Shown here one piece after another: positions 10,347-19,487 of a stretch of DNA of 64,000 nucleotides. The stretch spans positions 284,723 to 348,722 of the forward strand of contig CAWEWR010000006.1 of assembly GCA_963812675.1 (NCBI GenBank). The letters run 5' to 3'. How positions within the stretch are numbered: position 1 is the stretch's first letter; every line of letters starts with the position of its first letter. The DNA comes from an uncultured Alphaproteobacteria bacterium (GTDB taxonomy: Bacteria > Pseudomonadota > Alphaproteobacteria > ATCC43930 > CGMCC-115725). Below the pieces are notes generated by a model. That model was given only the letters and a program-made list of their open reading frames with translations, had not been told where the DNA came from and made no database searches. The position numbers and the translations under genes were made by a program.

Positions 10347-10503
10347 TGGTGTAATCGCCCGTCCGGACCTTCCACAACAACGATTTCCACGGCATCCGGT
10401 ATTCCGGGATCGTGTTCCGTAAGGTCACGATGTTGGAGATGCCGCAGAGATCGACCGCACAGGCGAATTTCTCGGGCGTGAACGTCAAGCCGACCAGGGC
10501 CGA
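10347..10503 (-). pseudogene. fragment of an S9 peptidase gene (duplicate of part of 12144..14072)
   Basis: The translation LVGLTFTPEKFACAVDLCGISNIVTLRNTIPEY matches LVGLTFTPEKFACAADLCGISNLVTFLNTIPEY of the full gene. The DNA aligns with about 12494-12650. Confidence 0.7.
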
Positions 10504-10595
10504 TGCCGGTCCGCACCATCGCAAACCGACCACCGAGGCGCGCCATCAGACGCCCACCCTTCCCATCGCGATCGATTTCAGCGCTGGGCGCTCGC

Positions 10596-11078
10596 TTAAT
10601 CGACGGCAACCGCAGGCAGCGCCCGGCGTTGCAGGCGCGGAACGATGATAAGACCGGCAGCGGTGAACACGATCGCGGTCGCGACCCCGATTGTTATCCC
10701 GCGCGCCGGGCTATTGACATGCAGAGCCGGCACGCGGATCGCGATCTCGGCAGTCGTTGCGGCGAGCAGACCGAGATAGGACCAGCTCATCAAGCGGTAG
10801 TGCTTGGCGAGCCAGTTGTGCGGGCGCGCCACGACCGCAGCAACGCCGGCGATGACCGTTGCCAAGCTCACTATTGCCAGCGCGTGAAACGGGCCGAAAT
10901 GGCCGGTCAGACGGTAGATCGACAGGGCTGTCACGTTGACGGCGAGCATTGCCATCGCATAGCCCATCCCTATCGCGCGATGGAGGTGCGTGCCTTTGCG
11001 CATTGCTAGGACCATCAAGCCAAAAGCGAGCGCAGCGAGCGCCGCCGCGACATGCGCGGCACCGAGTGGGCTAATCGG
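10596..11078 (-). CDS. DUF2306-like membrane protein
   Basis: Four to five TM helices. Start taken at MPISPLG, overlapping the upstream regulator stop by 8 nt. Confidence 0.5.
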   Translation of the reverse strand, partial: PISPLGAAHVAAALAALAFGLMVLAMRKGTHLHRAIGMGYAMAMLAVNVTALSIYRLTGHFGPFHALAIVSLATVIAGVAAVVARPHNWLAKHYRLMSWSYLGLLAATTAEIAIRVPALHVNSPARGITIGVATAIVFTAAGLIIVPRLQRRALPAVAVD

Positions 11079-11403
11079 CATCGTGAGACCTCCCGAAAGC
11101 CGTTGCTGCGCCACCGCCGTCGAGAATCGCGCGTAGATAGGCGACATAATCGGCGTAGGCGCGAATACCGGTATCGGTCAGGCTGACCCTGGTACGGGGT
11201 TTCCTGCCGTTGAAATCCTTTTCGACCTTGATGTAGCCGGCCTTCTCGAGCGTCCCGAGATGGGCGCCGAGATTGCCCTCGGTCGCGTTGAGGACCGCCC
11301 TGAGCCGCACGAATTCGAGCCGCTCGCGGCGCGGCAATCCGTTCAGCGCGGCCATGATCTTAAGGCGCAGCGGCTGATGGATGACGGCATCGGGCTGTTC
11401 CAT
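11071..11403 (-). CDS. winged-helix transcriptional regulator (HTH_34 / ArsR-MarR-like)
   Basis: IHQPLRLKIMAAL...ATEGNLGAHLGTLEKAGYIKVEKDFNGRKPRTRVSLTDTG is a typical wHTH. It starts 1 nt after the upstream gene's stop codon. Confidence 0.7.
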   Translation of the reverse strand: MEQPDAVIHQPLRLKIMAALNGLPRRERLEFVRLRAVLNATEGNLGAHLGTLEKAGYIKVEKDFNGRKPRTRVSLTDTGIRAYADYVAYLRAILDGGGAATAFGRSHDAD

Positions 11404-11404
11404 C

Positions 11405-12013
11405 TCACACCCCGCGGAACCAGCACCCGGCCAGGATCAGCGCACCGCCGCCGACCCCCGCCATCCACAGATCGAAATGGGCGGGGACCAGAAAGAAGCC
11501 GCCCAGCGTCAACCCGCCGATGACTGCTCCGGCTATGATGAAGCGCAATCCCTGCCAGAGCCCGACCACCGCATAACCGGCTGCGACCACGAGTGGGATG
11601 AACGCGCCGACTTGGCGGCCGTTGACCGGGGCCATGACCGCAAGCGTTGCGGCGATGAAGGCGAAGGCGGTCAGCACGATCCCCGGAAAGCCCCAGCGCA
11701 GCCGAGCCACCGCGGCCGGCCACTTCGGATCGGCTATGCGGCCGGCCTGCCTGTCCCGCCGGGTAGCGCTTCTCAGAGAGATCGCAAAATTGGCGGCAAG
11801 GCCGATCGCAACGATCGTCATCCAGATCGCCAGCCCCCGTCGCGGCCAGGGCTCGTGCAAGCCGTAACCGACCGCCCACAAGACGCCCCACAGGATCAGG
11901 TGCGGACTCGCCTCAAGATAGCCGTAAACGCGCCGGCTGCGGGTTTCGACGGCAGCCATGTCGCGCAGCGCGCCAGCCGCCTCGTCTGGAGAAAGCGTCA
12001 TCGTTCCCTCCAA
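11405..12013 (-). CDS. hypothetical multi-TM membrane protein (first gene of the operon with the wHTH regulator)
   Basis: Five to six hydrophobic helices. Tightly packed with 11071..11403 and 10596..11078. Confidence 0.5.
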   Translation of the reverse strand: MEGTMTLSPDEAAGALRDMAAVETRSRRVYGYLEASPHLILWGVLWAVGYGLHEPWPRRGLAIWMTIVAIGLAANFAISLRSATRRDRQAGRIADPKWPAAVARLRWGFPGIVLTAFAFIAATLAVMAPVNGRQVGAFIPLVVAAGYAVVGLWQGLRFIIAGAVIGGLTLGGFFLVPAHFDLWMAGVGGGALILAGCWFRGV

Positions 12014-12037
12014 TCGTTCAGACCAGAGAGTTATCTA

Positions 12038-12059
12038 TGATACAGAGTACTCTGTATCA
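12038..12059. promoter_or_regulatory. perfect 22-bp palindrome TGATACAGAGTACTCTGTATCA, candidate operator
   Basis: Lies 25-46 nt upstream of the start at 12013 of the operon that encodes a wHTH regulator. Confidence 0.5.
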
Positions 12060-12143
12060 AGCCCGAAAAATGCGCTTTCCTCGCGACCCTCAGGGCTCTC
12101 GCTTACGCCATGCGGAGCATCGCTGTGTCGGTGTGCTGACTGC

Positions 12144-14072
12144 TCAGTCCAATCCGGGGATCAGCTCGCGGCCAGCCTTGAATTCGATCGTCGAGCCGGC
12201 GAAGTCGTCGCCGACCGGCTCGCAGCGACCGCCCAGATGCGCCGCGAGGAACGCTTCGACGACGGCCGTGAAGGAGCGGCGGTTTTCAGGCCGGCCGAGG
12301 CCGTGGCCTTCGTCGCGATAATACACATAGGTCGCGGGAATCCCGTGTTGCTGCATGGCGGCGACGATCTGCTCGGACTCCGAGGCCTTGACGCGCACGT
12401 CGTTGGCACCCTGGCCGATCAGCAGCGGCCGCACGATGCGGTCGGCGCGATTGAGCGGCGAACGCTCCTCCAGCAGCCGCAGCCCCGCCTCGGTGGTGTA
12501 ATCGCCCGTCCGGACCTTCCACAGCGATTTCCAGGTGAGCCAGTATTCCGGGATCGTGTTCAAGAAGGTCACGAGGTTCGAGATGCCGCAGAGATCGGCC
12601 GCGCAGGCGAATTTCTCGGGCGTGAACGTCAAGCCGACCAAAGCCGAATAGCCGCCGTAGCTGGTGCCCACGATCGCGACACGGGCGGGATCGGCGATCC
12701 CTTGCCCGATCGCCCAGTCGACGGCGTCGATCAGATCGTCATGCATCTTGCCCGCCCATTCGAGATTGGCGGCGTTGACAAAGGCTTTTCCAAACCCGGT
12801 AGAACCGCGATAGTTCACGCTCAGCACCGCATAGCCCCGGTTGGCGAGCCATTGGTGATCGGGGTGCAACCCCCAGACGTCACGCGCCCAGGGCCCGCCG
12901 TGGACGAGCAGCACCATCGGCAATGGCTCCCTCGGCTGCGCGTCGCGCGGACGGGACAGGTAATAGACGAGTTCGAGCCCGTCGCGGGTGCGGATGATGA
13001 CGGGCTCCATGGTCACGAAAGGCAGCCCCTCCCATGCCGGCGTCGCTGAAAACAGCTGCCGCGTCTGCCGTGCGCCGCGGTCGTAATGAAAATATTCCAA
13101 CGGCGCGTTGTCATATTGATAAGCGACGATCCACTGCCGCCGGTCTTGCGACATGCCGGTGATCGTCAGATCGCCGCGCGATTGCCGTGTGAGGTAGTCG
13201 AAATCGTCCCGATAATCCGGGTCCAGGACCTGCCATGCGACGTGCTCGAACGCACGCGCGGCGGCCACCGGGCGCTCGGTTATCGGATCGAGCACAAGCT
13301 GGGTGAAATCGGCACGGGCGTCTTCGGCGAGAACCTGCATCGTTCCGCTTGCGAGATCCTGCGCGACCACGGCGGCGGTGTCGCGGCCGCGGCTGTCGAG
13401 CCAATAGAGTTCACGACCGTCGAAGCTGAACTCGATGGCGCGGGTCGCCACCGCGTCCTCCGCGCCGATCCGGCTGAAGAGGGCCCATTCGCCGTTTGCG
13501 CCGCGCTGCAAATACTCGACATCACCGTCTTGAGTGTAACGCACGGCGAAGCGCACACGGAACTGCTGATCGGTGAAATGGAAGGTGAACTCATCGTTCT
13601 GCTGAACCAGTGCGCTTTCCCCGGTCGCAACGTTCACACGGTAGACATCGAAGTAACGCTTGTCCCGCGCGTTGTGCGCGATCAGCAATTCACTGGGAAA
13701 ATGGCGCGAGCTCTGCTGAATGTAGCATTTCACCCCCGCTCCCGGCGTCAGCGCCCGCACGTCGCCGGTCTCCAGATCGACGCGCCAGGCACGCCAATTT
13801 TCGTCGCCGGCCGCCTCGCGAAAAAACACGACATGCCGGTTGTCGTGCATCCAGATGATCCAAGGCCCGAGATTGCGGTCGGTCACCGCGGTTACCGGGC
13901 GCGCCTCTTCGATCGCGTCGATCGGCGCAACCCAAAGATTGAGCACGTCGTCAACAGGAGCACGGAAGGCAATCCGGGTGCCGTCCGGACTGATCCGCAC
14001 AATGCTTCGCTCGGGATCTGCGAAAATCAGGCGGCGGGGAAGTAGGCCGGCGCTCGCTTCTTGGTTGGGCAT
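12144..14072 (-). CDS. S9 family serine peptidase (prolyl oligopeptidase / dipeptidyl aminopeptidase-like)
   Basis: N-terminal beta-propeller-like region. Catalytic GTSYGGY (GxSxGG), GANDVRV and DEGHGL. ATG 14072 is preceded by GGAGGA. Confidence 0.9.
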   Translation of the reverse strand: MPNQEASAGLLPRRLIFADPERSIVRISPDGTRIAFRAPVDDVLNLWVAPIDAIEEARPVTAVTDRNLGPWIIWMHDNRHVVFFREAAGDENWRAWRVDLETGDVRALTPGAGVKCYIQQSSRHFPSELLIAHNARDKRYFDVYRVNVATGESALVQQNDEFTFHFTDQQFRVRFAVRYTQDGDVEYLQRGANGEWALFSRIGAEDAVATRAIEFSFDGRELYWLDSRGRDTAAVVAQDLASGTMQVLAEDARADFTQLVLDPITERPVAAARAFEHVAWQVLDPDYRDDFDYLTRQSRGDLTITGMSQDRRQWIVAYQYDNAPLEYFHYDRGARQTRQLFSATPAWEGLPFVTMEPVIIRTRDGLELVYYLSRPRDAQPREPLPMVLLVHGGPWARDVWGLHPDHQWLANRGYAVLSVNYRGSTGFGKAFVNAANLEWAGKMHDDLIDAVDWAIGQGIADPARVAIVGTSYGGYSALVGLTFTPEKFACAADLCGISNLVTFLNTIPEYWLTWKSLWKVRTGDYTTEAGLRLLEERSPLNRADRIVRPLLIGQGANDVRVKASESEQIVAAMQQHGIPATYVYYRDEGHGLGRPENRRSFTAVVEAFLAAHLGGRCEPVGDDFAGSTIEFKAGRELIPGLD

Positions 14073-14527
14073 GATCCAGGTCCTCCAGTGAAACGGCAGG
14101 ATTGCTTGGCGACGGCCAAACGCGGGCATAGCGGAAGTGGCGGTTATGCGAGTGAGTGTCGGTCATATCTGCAAACGCCATTCCATTGATGGAATGAAAA
14201 TTTCCAAAAGTCTTGCGATCCGCACAAGGAACAGTTTGGGTGGATCTGAGACGTGAACGAACATGTGCCGGGGCGTGGCGGCCACCGCGCCCCGGAACCG
14301 TTCCGGCAGGCCGTCCGGCACGCCGTAGCGCCGAAAGGCGGCGTCCAGCATGTCGAGGAACCGGGCCATATGCGGTGCGACTTGCTCGGGGGTTGGCGTC
14401 ATCATGTCCTCCCTTGTCGCGCAGTGCGCGCGGCCCGGAGAGACGCGGACGCGACCGAAATTTTTATTTTTTTGTTCACCGCTGTCCGCGTCCATGCTGC
14501 CCAGGCGCATACCATCCGGGAGGAGCG

Positions 14528-15091
14528 ATGACAGGCACGTCACAGCAGGTTAAGGAATGGGGCCGGCATGGCGTGCCGCCGCAGCGGGACGTGGGCGCGG
14601 CGCTGGCCGCGCTGTCGGAGGAAGATCTGCTGCGCTTGCGCGCCATCGCCCGGCTGCGCGCCCGCTCCCTCCCTCGCGGCGGCATGTCGTGGTCCGACCT
14701 ATTGCATGAGGCGGTGCTGCGCGCGCTGACGGGCGCGCGGCCGTGGCCGGCGGGCGTGCCGTTGCTCGCCTTTCTGGCGGGCGTCATGCGCAGCCTCTGC
14801 GACGAGCAATGGCGCCGCCACCGCCGCCAGGACCATCTGCCCACCCCGCACGATAGTGGCGGGGCTGACGACCCGGAACGGGCCTGCGCGGCGGCCGAGG
14901 CTCTCGTCGCTATTCAACGGCTGTTCGCGTCCGACGCGGCAGCGCTGAAAGTGATCACCGGACTGATCAGCGGCATGACAGCCGAGGAAATCCGTCGTCA
15001 TTACGGTCTGACCGCTGTGGAATACGACACGACACGCCGACGGATACGGCGGACCATGCTGCGCCACGGTTTGGCTTGGTCTTGGCCATGA
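14528..15091 (+). CDS. ECF-type sigma-70 family factor-like protein
   Basis: ATG after GGAGGAG. Region-2-like DLLHEAVLRAL and region-4 HTH MTAEEIRRHYGLTAVEYDTTRRRIRRTM. Confidence 0.55.
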   Translation: MTGTSQQVKEWGRHGVPPQRDVGAALAALSEEDLLRLRAIARLRARSLPRGGMSWSDLLHEAVLRALTGARPWPAGVPLLAFLAGVMRSLCDEQWRRHRRQDHLPTPHDSGGADDPERACAAAEALVAIQRLFASDAAALKVITGLISGMTAEEIRRHYGLTAVEYDTTRRRIRRTMLRHGLAWSWP

Positions 15092-15408
15092 TCCGCATTG
15101 GTTATCTGCAATCCGTACTGACGGCGCTGCTCGACGCCTTGGAACGGGAACTCCTTGGTGCACATCCAGACGAAGTGCGCGACGCTTTGCGCGAGACCGG
15201 TCGGGCGCGCAACATCGCCTGCCAAGAAGTCCGGGCACTGCTGAACGACGCCATCGCCGCGAGCGAAGACAACTCTGCTGCGACACTGCCGCCCGACACT
15301 TGCGCCGGACTGGATCGGCTTCTTGGCGTTTCGCGAGAGCTTCGAGGTGCGCCTCGCTGCCATCCTCGCCCCAGCGCTTTTCCTGCTTGGAGCTGCCGCC
15401 GGCACTAA
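15088..15408 (+). CDS. hypothetical protein coupled to the sigma-like gene (ATGA overlap)
   Basis: ATG 15088 overlaps the TGA of the upstream gene. No recognisable domain. Confidence 0.3.
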   Translation: MIRIGYLQSVLTALLDALERELLGAHPDEVRDALRETGRARNIACQEVRALLNDAIAASEDNSAATLPPDTCAGLDRLLGVSRELRGAPRCHPRPSAFPAWSCRRH

Positions 15409-15536
15409 CGGGAAGGGTCGCTTCCGTAAGTCAGAGCAAACGGCCGCCTTGGGTCGGACCTTGCCAGACGACCGGTTCCGGTGCAGCGGGCGTCAGTAGG
15501 CCGGTAGCCGCTCGCCACGCGCTGCGAAACTCCTCG

Positions 15537-16493
15537 CTAGGGGACGCCGGCGAGCATGTCCCGCTGCTCGGCGAACACCGCCTTGACCCAATCGATTACC
15601 GCGCGCACGCAGGGGGAGCGGCGCAGATCGCGGTGGACGATGATCCAGTATTCGGCCGCGATTTCGGGGATCGGCGGGGTCAGCCGTTCGAGCAGAGGAT
15701 GGCCGTCGCCGATATAGCACGGCAATTCACCGCGGCCGGTGCCGGCGCGGATCGCCTCGACACGCATCAGCATCGACGAGGCGCGCAGCGCCACCGGCAT
15801 CCCGGTTTCCTCGATCTGCCGCTGGACCCAGCGCGCCGGCGCCCAATGGGCTTGCTCCTCGGTGTAGCCGACCCAGGCGGCGGCCTCCGCGCCGCGACGC
15901 CGGTAAACGGCACAGGCGAAGGTACCCGCTTTCGAGACGTAGAAGTCGCCACTTTCCGGCGGCTCGTGGCGCAGCGCCATATCGGCTTGGCGGCGCACGA
16001 GATTTGCCCTCTGCCGTAACTCGTCGACCAGTTCCAATGTGATGCCGGACGGCAGCGCCGTCCTTGTCGGTGCCGACAGGCAGCGAGCCAGAAACCCGGC
16101 GGCGCACTCGCCGGTCGCAACCCGCACGGTACCGCTGAGCGCCGGCGAGGCCGCCGCGCGCCGCCGCTCCAATGTCAGTACCGCATCCTCGATGCTCTCG
16201 GCCGCCGGGACCAATTGCTCGCCGGCGGCGTTGAGGCGCAGTCCCTCGGGCAGGCGGTCGAACAAATTCGGCCCGCCGAAAGTGGCCTCGAATGCCGCCA
16301 ATCGGCGGGCGATGGTCGGTTGGCTCAGCCCGAGCGCCCGCCCGGCAGCGCGCATCGAGCCCTCCCGGGCGACGGCGAGGAACACCCGGACATCGTCCCA
16401 GTCCATCGCCCCGCGGCGCGATCGCGGCGGCCGGGTCGCCGGCTCATCCCGAGTCTCGTGCCCCGCAATCGCCAATCCGTCGAGAGCAGCCAT
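15537..16493 (-). CDS. LysR family transcriptional regulator
   Basis: HTH is WDDVRVFLAVAREGSMRAAGRALGLSQPTIARRL. ATG 16493 has an AAGGA RBS. The alternative start is ATG 16406. Confidence 0.8.
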   Translation of the reverse strand: MAALDGLAIAGHETRDEPATRPPRSRRGAMDWDDVRVFLAVAREGSMRAAGRALGLSQPTIARRLAAFEATFGGPNLFDRLPEGLRLNAAGEQLVPAAESIEDAVLTLERRRAAASPALSGTVRVATGECAAGFLARCLSAPTRTALPSGITLELVDELRQRANLVRRQADMALRHEPPESGDFYVSKAGTFACAVYRRRGAEAAAWVGYTEEQAHWAPARWVQRQIEETGMPVALRASSMLMRVEAIRAGTGRGELPCYIGDGHPLLERLTPPIPEIAAEYWIIVHRDLRRSPCVRAVIDWVKAVFAEQRDMLAGVP

Positions 16494-16665
16494 GACATGT
16501 TCCTTTTCACAGAAGCCCTCCCCTCGATGGAGGAGGCAATTCGTACCATCAATTGAGCGCCACGAAAACGTTCCAGGGGTCTCCGAAAACGGGGATCGCT
16601 GCAATTAAACCGTGGCGCTAAGCTTCTCAAGACGCCGCGACATCCTTCAACCGATGGAGGAAGAA

Positions 16666-17506
16666 ATGCAAAGCAGACCGCCGATCATCACCGATCTCAC
16701 CGCAGAAGCCGCGAAGCTCACAATGCTCCGCGGCCGGACCGCGCAGACGACGTTCGCGGAACGCCGGGGTAGTGGCAGTGCGGTGCATTTGGGCCGCTAC
16801 CGCGACGGGATGCTGCTTCTTGGCAAGTCCGCCGGGAAAAGCCATTGGGAGACCCATCCCGAGGACGAGCTGCTCTACGTTCTCGACGGAGAAATGACCG
16901 TGGATGTCCTGGAAAAGGACGGGCCGCAATCTTGCGTCGTCGGCGCCGGCATGATCGCCATCGTTCCCCCGGGCGCGTGGCACCGTGTTCACTCCGCGGA
17001 TGGCGTGTCGGTGGTGAGCGCGACGCTTCCCGGTGATCACATCGATCTCGATGTCGACGACCCGCGGACGGGCACGCCCGATCTCGACATAAGCGATACG
17101 ATGAGACCGCTCAGCATCATCGATCTCAACGCCGAGCTCGCGAAGCTGACGATGTTCCGGCGGAGCCCGCAGTCGACGGCCGCAGATCGCAAGGGAAGCG
17201 TCGCACGATTGGCGTCCTACCGCGACGGCCTTCTTTTAGCGATCAAGGCCTCGGGGAAGGATCATTGGGAACGCCATCTCACCGGTGATGAGCTCGTCTA
17301 CATCCTCGACGGCGCTGCGACACTGGAAATCGTGTGCGACGACGGGCCGCCCAAGTCTTTTGCGCTTCGCGCCGGAATGACCGCTGTCATTCCCCAGGGA
17401 GCATGGCACCGCCTTCTTTCCTCGGAGGGCGCAAATGGCCGCGACGCCCTTTCCTGGCGAGACTATCGAGCTCGATGTCGACGACCCTCGAACGGTACAG
17501 CAGTAA
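16666..17506 (+). pseudogene. tandem-cupin (bicupin) protein with apparent frameshift near 17428-17435
   Basis: Two repeats of about 135 aa (GAWHRVHS / GAWHRLLS). After SSEG, the homology to repeat 1 (PGDHIDLDVDDPRTG vs PGETIELDVDDPRTV) continues in the +1 frame and stops at 17504-17506. Confidence 0.6.
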
Positions 17507-17533
17507 CGTCGCAGTCGTGTCAGGTCTGCCGTC

Positions 17534-18439
17534 CTAAGCTAACCGAGGCGCACGGTAGCAAAGCGCCTCGACCAGTAAGGCGAAGGCTGGCGTGGATTGG
17601 CGGCGGCTCGGGTAGTAGAGGTGATAGCCCGAATAGGGAGGGCACCAATCTTCGAGCACCCGCTTGAGACGGCGCTTCGCGATGTAGGGTAGCGCCACGT
17701 CCTCTGGCACATAGGCCAGCCCGAATCCGCCGAGCGCCGCATTGAGCATCTGGAACGTGCCGTTGAAGACGAGTTGGCCCTCGACATGCACCTTCAGCTC
17801 GCGGCCATCTTTCTCGAACTCCCAGGCGTACAATCCGCCATGTGTGGGCAGACGTAAATTGATGCAGTTGTGACCGATCAGTTCCTGCGGCCTCTGCGGT
17901 TCCGGCCGCGCATTGAAATACGACGGGGCCCCTACGACTGCGCTGCGCATGTCCGGCCCGATACGCACGGCGATCATGTCCTTCGCCACTTGCTCGCCGC
18001 CGCGTACGCCGGCGTCGAAGCGCTCCGCGACGATGTCGATGAGGCCATAGTCGATGATGATCTCGACTCTGATTTCCGGATACTGCCGCAGCAATTTCGT
18101 GAGTTTCGGCCAGAGGATCGTGTCGGCCGCATAGTCTGTGGCCGTGATCCGAATGGTGCCGGCGGGCTTCTCCCGCAGTTCGCCCAAAGCCTCGAGGCCG
18201 GCCTCGATCTCATCGAAACGCGGGCCGATGGTGTGAAGCAGGCGTTCGCCCGCTTCCGTCGGGGAGACGCTGCGTGTGGTTCGGGTCAACAGCCGAAGGC
18301 CGAGCCGTTCCTCGAGGCCACGAATGGTGTGGCTGAGCGCAGACTGAGAAACGCCCAGCTTCGCTGCGGCCCGCGTGAAACTGCGCTCTTGCCCGACCGC
18401 CAGGAAGGCCAGCAGGTCATTCAGATTTCCGCGGTGCAT
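17534..18439 (-). CDS. LysR family transcriptional regulator
   Basis: N-terminal HTH LNDLLAFLAVGQERSFTRAAAKLGVSQSALSHTIRGLE, plus a substrate-binding domain. Confidence 0.9.
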   Translation of the reverse strand: MHRGNLNDLLAFLAVGQERSFTRAAAKLGVSQSALSHTIRGLEERLGLRLLTRTTRSVSPTEAGERLLHTIGPRFDEIEAGLEALGELREKPAGTIRITATDYAADTILWPKLTKLLRQYPEIRVEIIIDYGLIDIVAERFDAGVRGGEQVAKDMIAVRIGPDMRSAVVGAPSYFNARPEPQRPQELIGHNCINLRLPTHGGLYAWEFEKDGRELKVHVEGQLVFNGTFQMLNAALGGFGLAYVPEDVALPYIAKRRLKRVLEDWCPPYSGYHLYYPSRRQSTPAFALLVEALCYRAPRLA

Positions 18440-18534
18440 TTATGGCACCAACTCATAAGATTATTCGAATTATAGGGCCTAATCGCGACAGAGACGCGCG
18501 CTAAATCATGGCCAGCGCGACGAGAGGTTAAGCC

Positions 18535-18897
18535 ATGACAAACTTCGATGCCGACAACCTGCGCGAACTGCGGGATGTGCAGGAGGTGGTGATCCGCACC
18601 GAGAAGCACCCCAAGAGCGCGGTCGTGATCTGGGTGGTGGTGGCCGACGACGAGGTCTTCGTGCGTTCGTGGCTGGGCGTCAATGGGCGCTGGTACAGGG
18701 ACCTCGCGGCGGGCGGGCCCGCCACCTTGGAGTTTGCCGGCCGCCGGTTAGCGGTGCAGGCGATCCCGGCGAGTGACCAAGCTGCGGTCGCCCGAGCCAG
18801 CCGCGAACTCTTGGGGAAATATCATCGGAGCAGCCATGCGCAGGAAATGGTCCGCTCCGAAACCTTGCCGACCACGCTGCGGCTAGAGCCGCGCTGA
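18535..18897 (+). CDS. DUF2255 family protein
   Basis: 120 aa. The pattern VVIWVVVADDEVFVRSWLGVNGRWYR is typical of DUF2255. Divergent from the LysR gene. Confidence 0.6.
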   Translation: MTNFDADNLRELRDVQEVVIRTEKHPKSAVVIWVVVADDEVFVRSWLGVNGRWYRDLAAGGPATLEFAGRRLAVQAIPASDQAAVARASRELLGKYHRSSHAQEMVRSETLPTTLRLEPR

Positions 18898-18923
18898 TCC
18901 GTTTCCCGACGCATGCCATAACA

Positions 18924-19002
18924 TCGAGATTGCGTCGTCGCTCCGCTCCTCGCAACGACAACCACTCACGACGTCATTGCGAGCGCAGCGAAACAATCTC
19001 GA
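18924..19002. repeat. REP-like imperfect palindromic element
   Basis: The arms tcgagattgcgtcgtcgctccgctcctcgcaacgac and gtcattgcgagcgcagcgaaacaatctcga are imperfect reverse complements. The gtcattgcgagcg motif is characteristic of Bradyrhizobium/Rhodopseudomonas-type intergenic repeats. Confidence 0.5.
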
Positions 19003-19019
19003 CGGCGCGTAGCGGGACC

Positions 19020-19138
19020 GAGTGTCTGATCCGTACCACTACTTTGGTTGATGCAGGATGATCGGTCTGACGCGGAGCGCCGCTCTCGACTATGCGGCTC
19101 AAGGCATCCGCATCGATGGCGGCCTCCTCGCCGGCTAA
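19020..19138 (+). pseudogene. remnant of an SDR gene (C-terminal part, internally deleted)
   Basis: Translates to ...MIGLTRSAALDYAAQGIRIDGGLLAG*, the post-YxxxK and C-terminal motifs of short-chain dehydrogenases, with no N-terminal half. Confidence 0.5.
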
Positions 19139-19168
19139 TAGAGGGTGCAGAAGTCAAGAAAAACACAA

Positions 19169-19197
19169 TTGACATCTGTACGGTAGCGGCGTACATC
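19169..19197 (+). promoter_or_regulatory. candidate sigma-70 promoter of higBA (TTGACA-17-TACATC)
   Basis: -35 at 19169-19174 and -10 at 19192-19197. The ATG of higB lies only 5 nt downstream, so the transcript may be leaderless. The spacer contains the small inverted repeat tgtac...gtaca. Confidence 0.4.
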
Positions 19198-19202
19198 CCT
19201 AC

Positions 19203-19487
19203 ATGATCATTCGGAGCGTCCGGCATCGGGGCCTGTTGCGCCTCATCGAAGACGACGACAGCCGGGAACTCCGCAATGATCTGGTGCGGCGGTTGCGCAA
19301 CATCCTCGCGGTGCTGATTGCGGCGGCCGACATGGGCGGCGTGACCGGGCCGCCCGGCTGGCGCGTGCACCAGCTCAAGGGCGATCGTGCCGGCACATGG
19401 AGCATTTCGGTCAGCGGCAATTGGCGGCTGACCTTTGAGGTTCGGCAGAACGAAATCTGCAACCTCGACTTGGAGGACTATCACTGA
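19203..19487 (+). CDS. higB: type II toxin HigB (RelE/ParE superfamily, killer protein)
   Basis: 94 aa. VRHRGL...HQLKGDRAGTWSISVSGNWRLTF is typical of HigB. The stop overlaps the higA ATG. Confidence 0.85.
   Translation: MIIRSVRHRGLLRLIEDDDSRELRNDLVRRLRNILAVLIAAADMGGVTGPPGWRVHQLKGDRAGTWSISVSGNWRLTFEVRQNEICNLDLEDYH

Noticed and set aside
14163-14543. 126-aa minus-strand ORF whose middle (FRRYGVPDGLPERFRGAVAATPRHMFVHV) resembles the N-terminus of protein-L-isoaspartate O-methyltransferases.
   Set aside because: Only about 35 residues are similar, and no SAM-binding motifs follow before the stop. At best it is a short gene remnant, so it is not called as a feature.
16494-16665. Inverted GCGCCACG ... 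CGTGGCGC (about 16556 and 16611) in the LysR/bicupin divergent promoter as a LysR box.
   Set aside because: The half-sites are about 50 nt apart and do not fit the T-N11-A LysR consensus. This is probably coincidental in GC-rich DNA.
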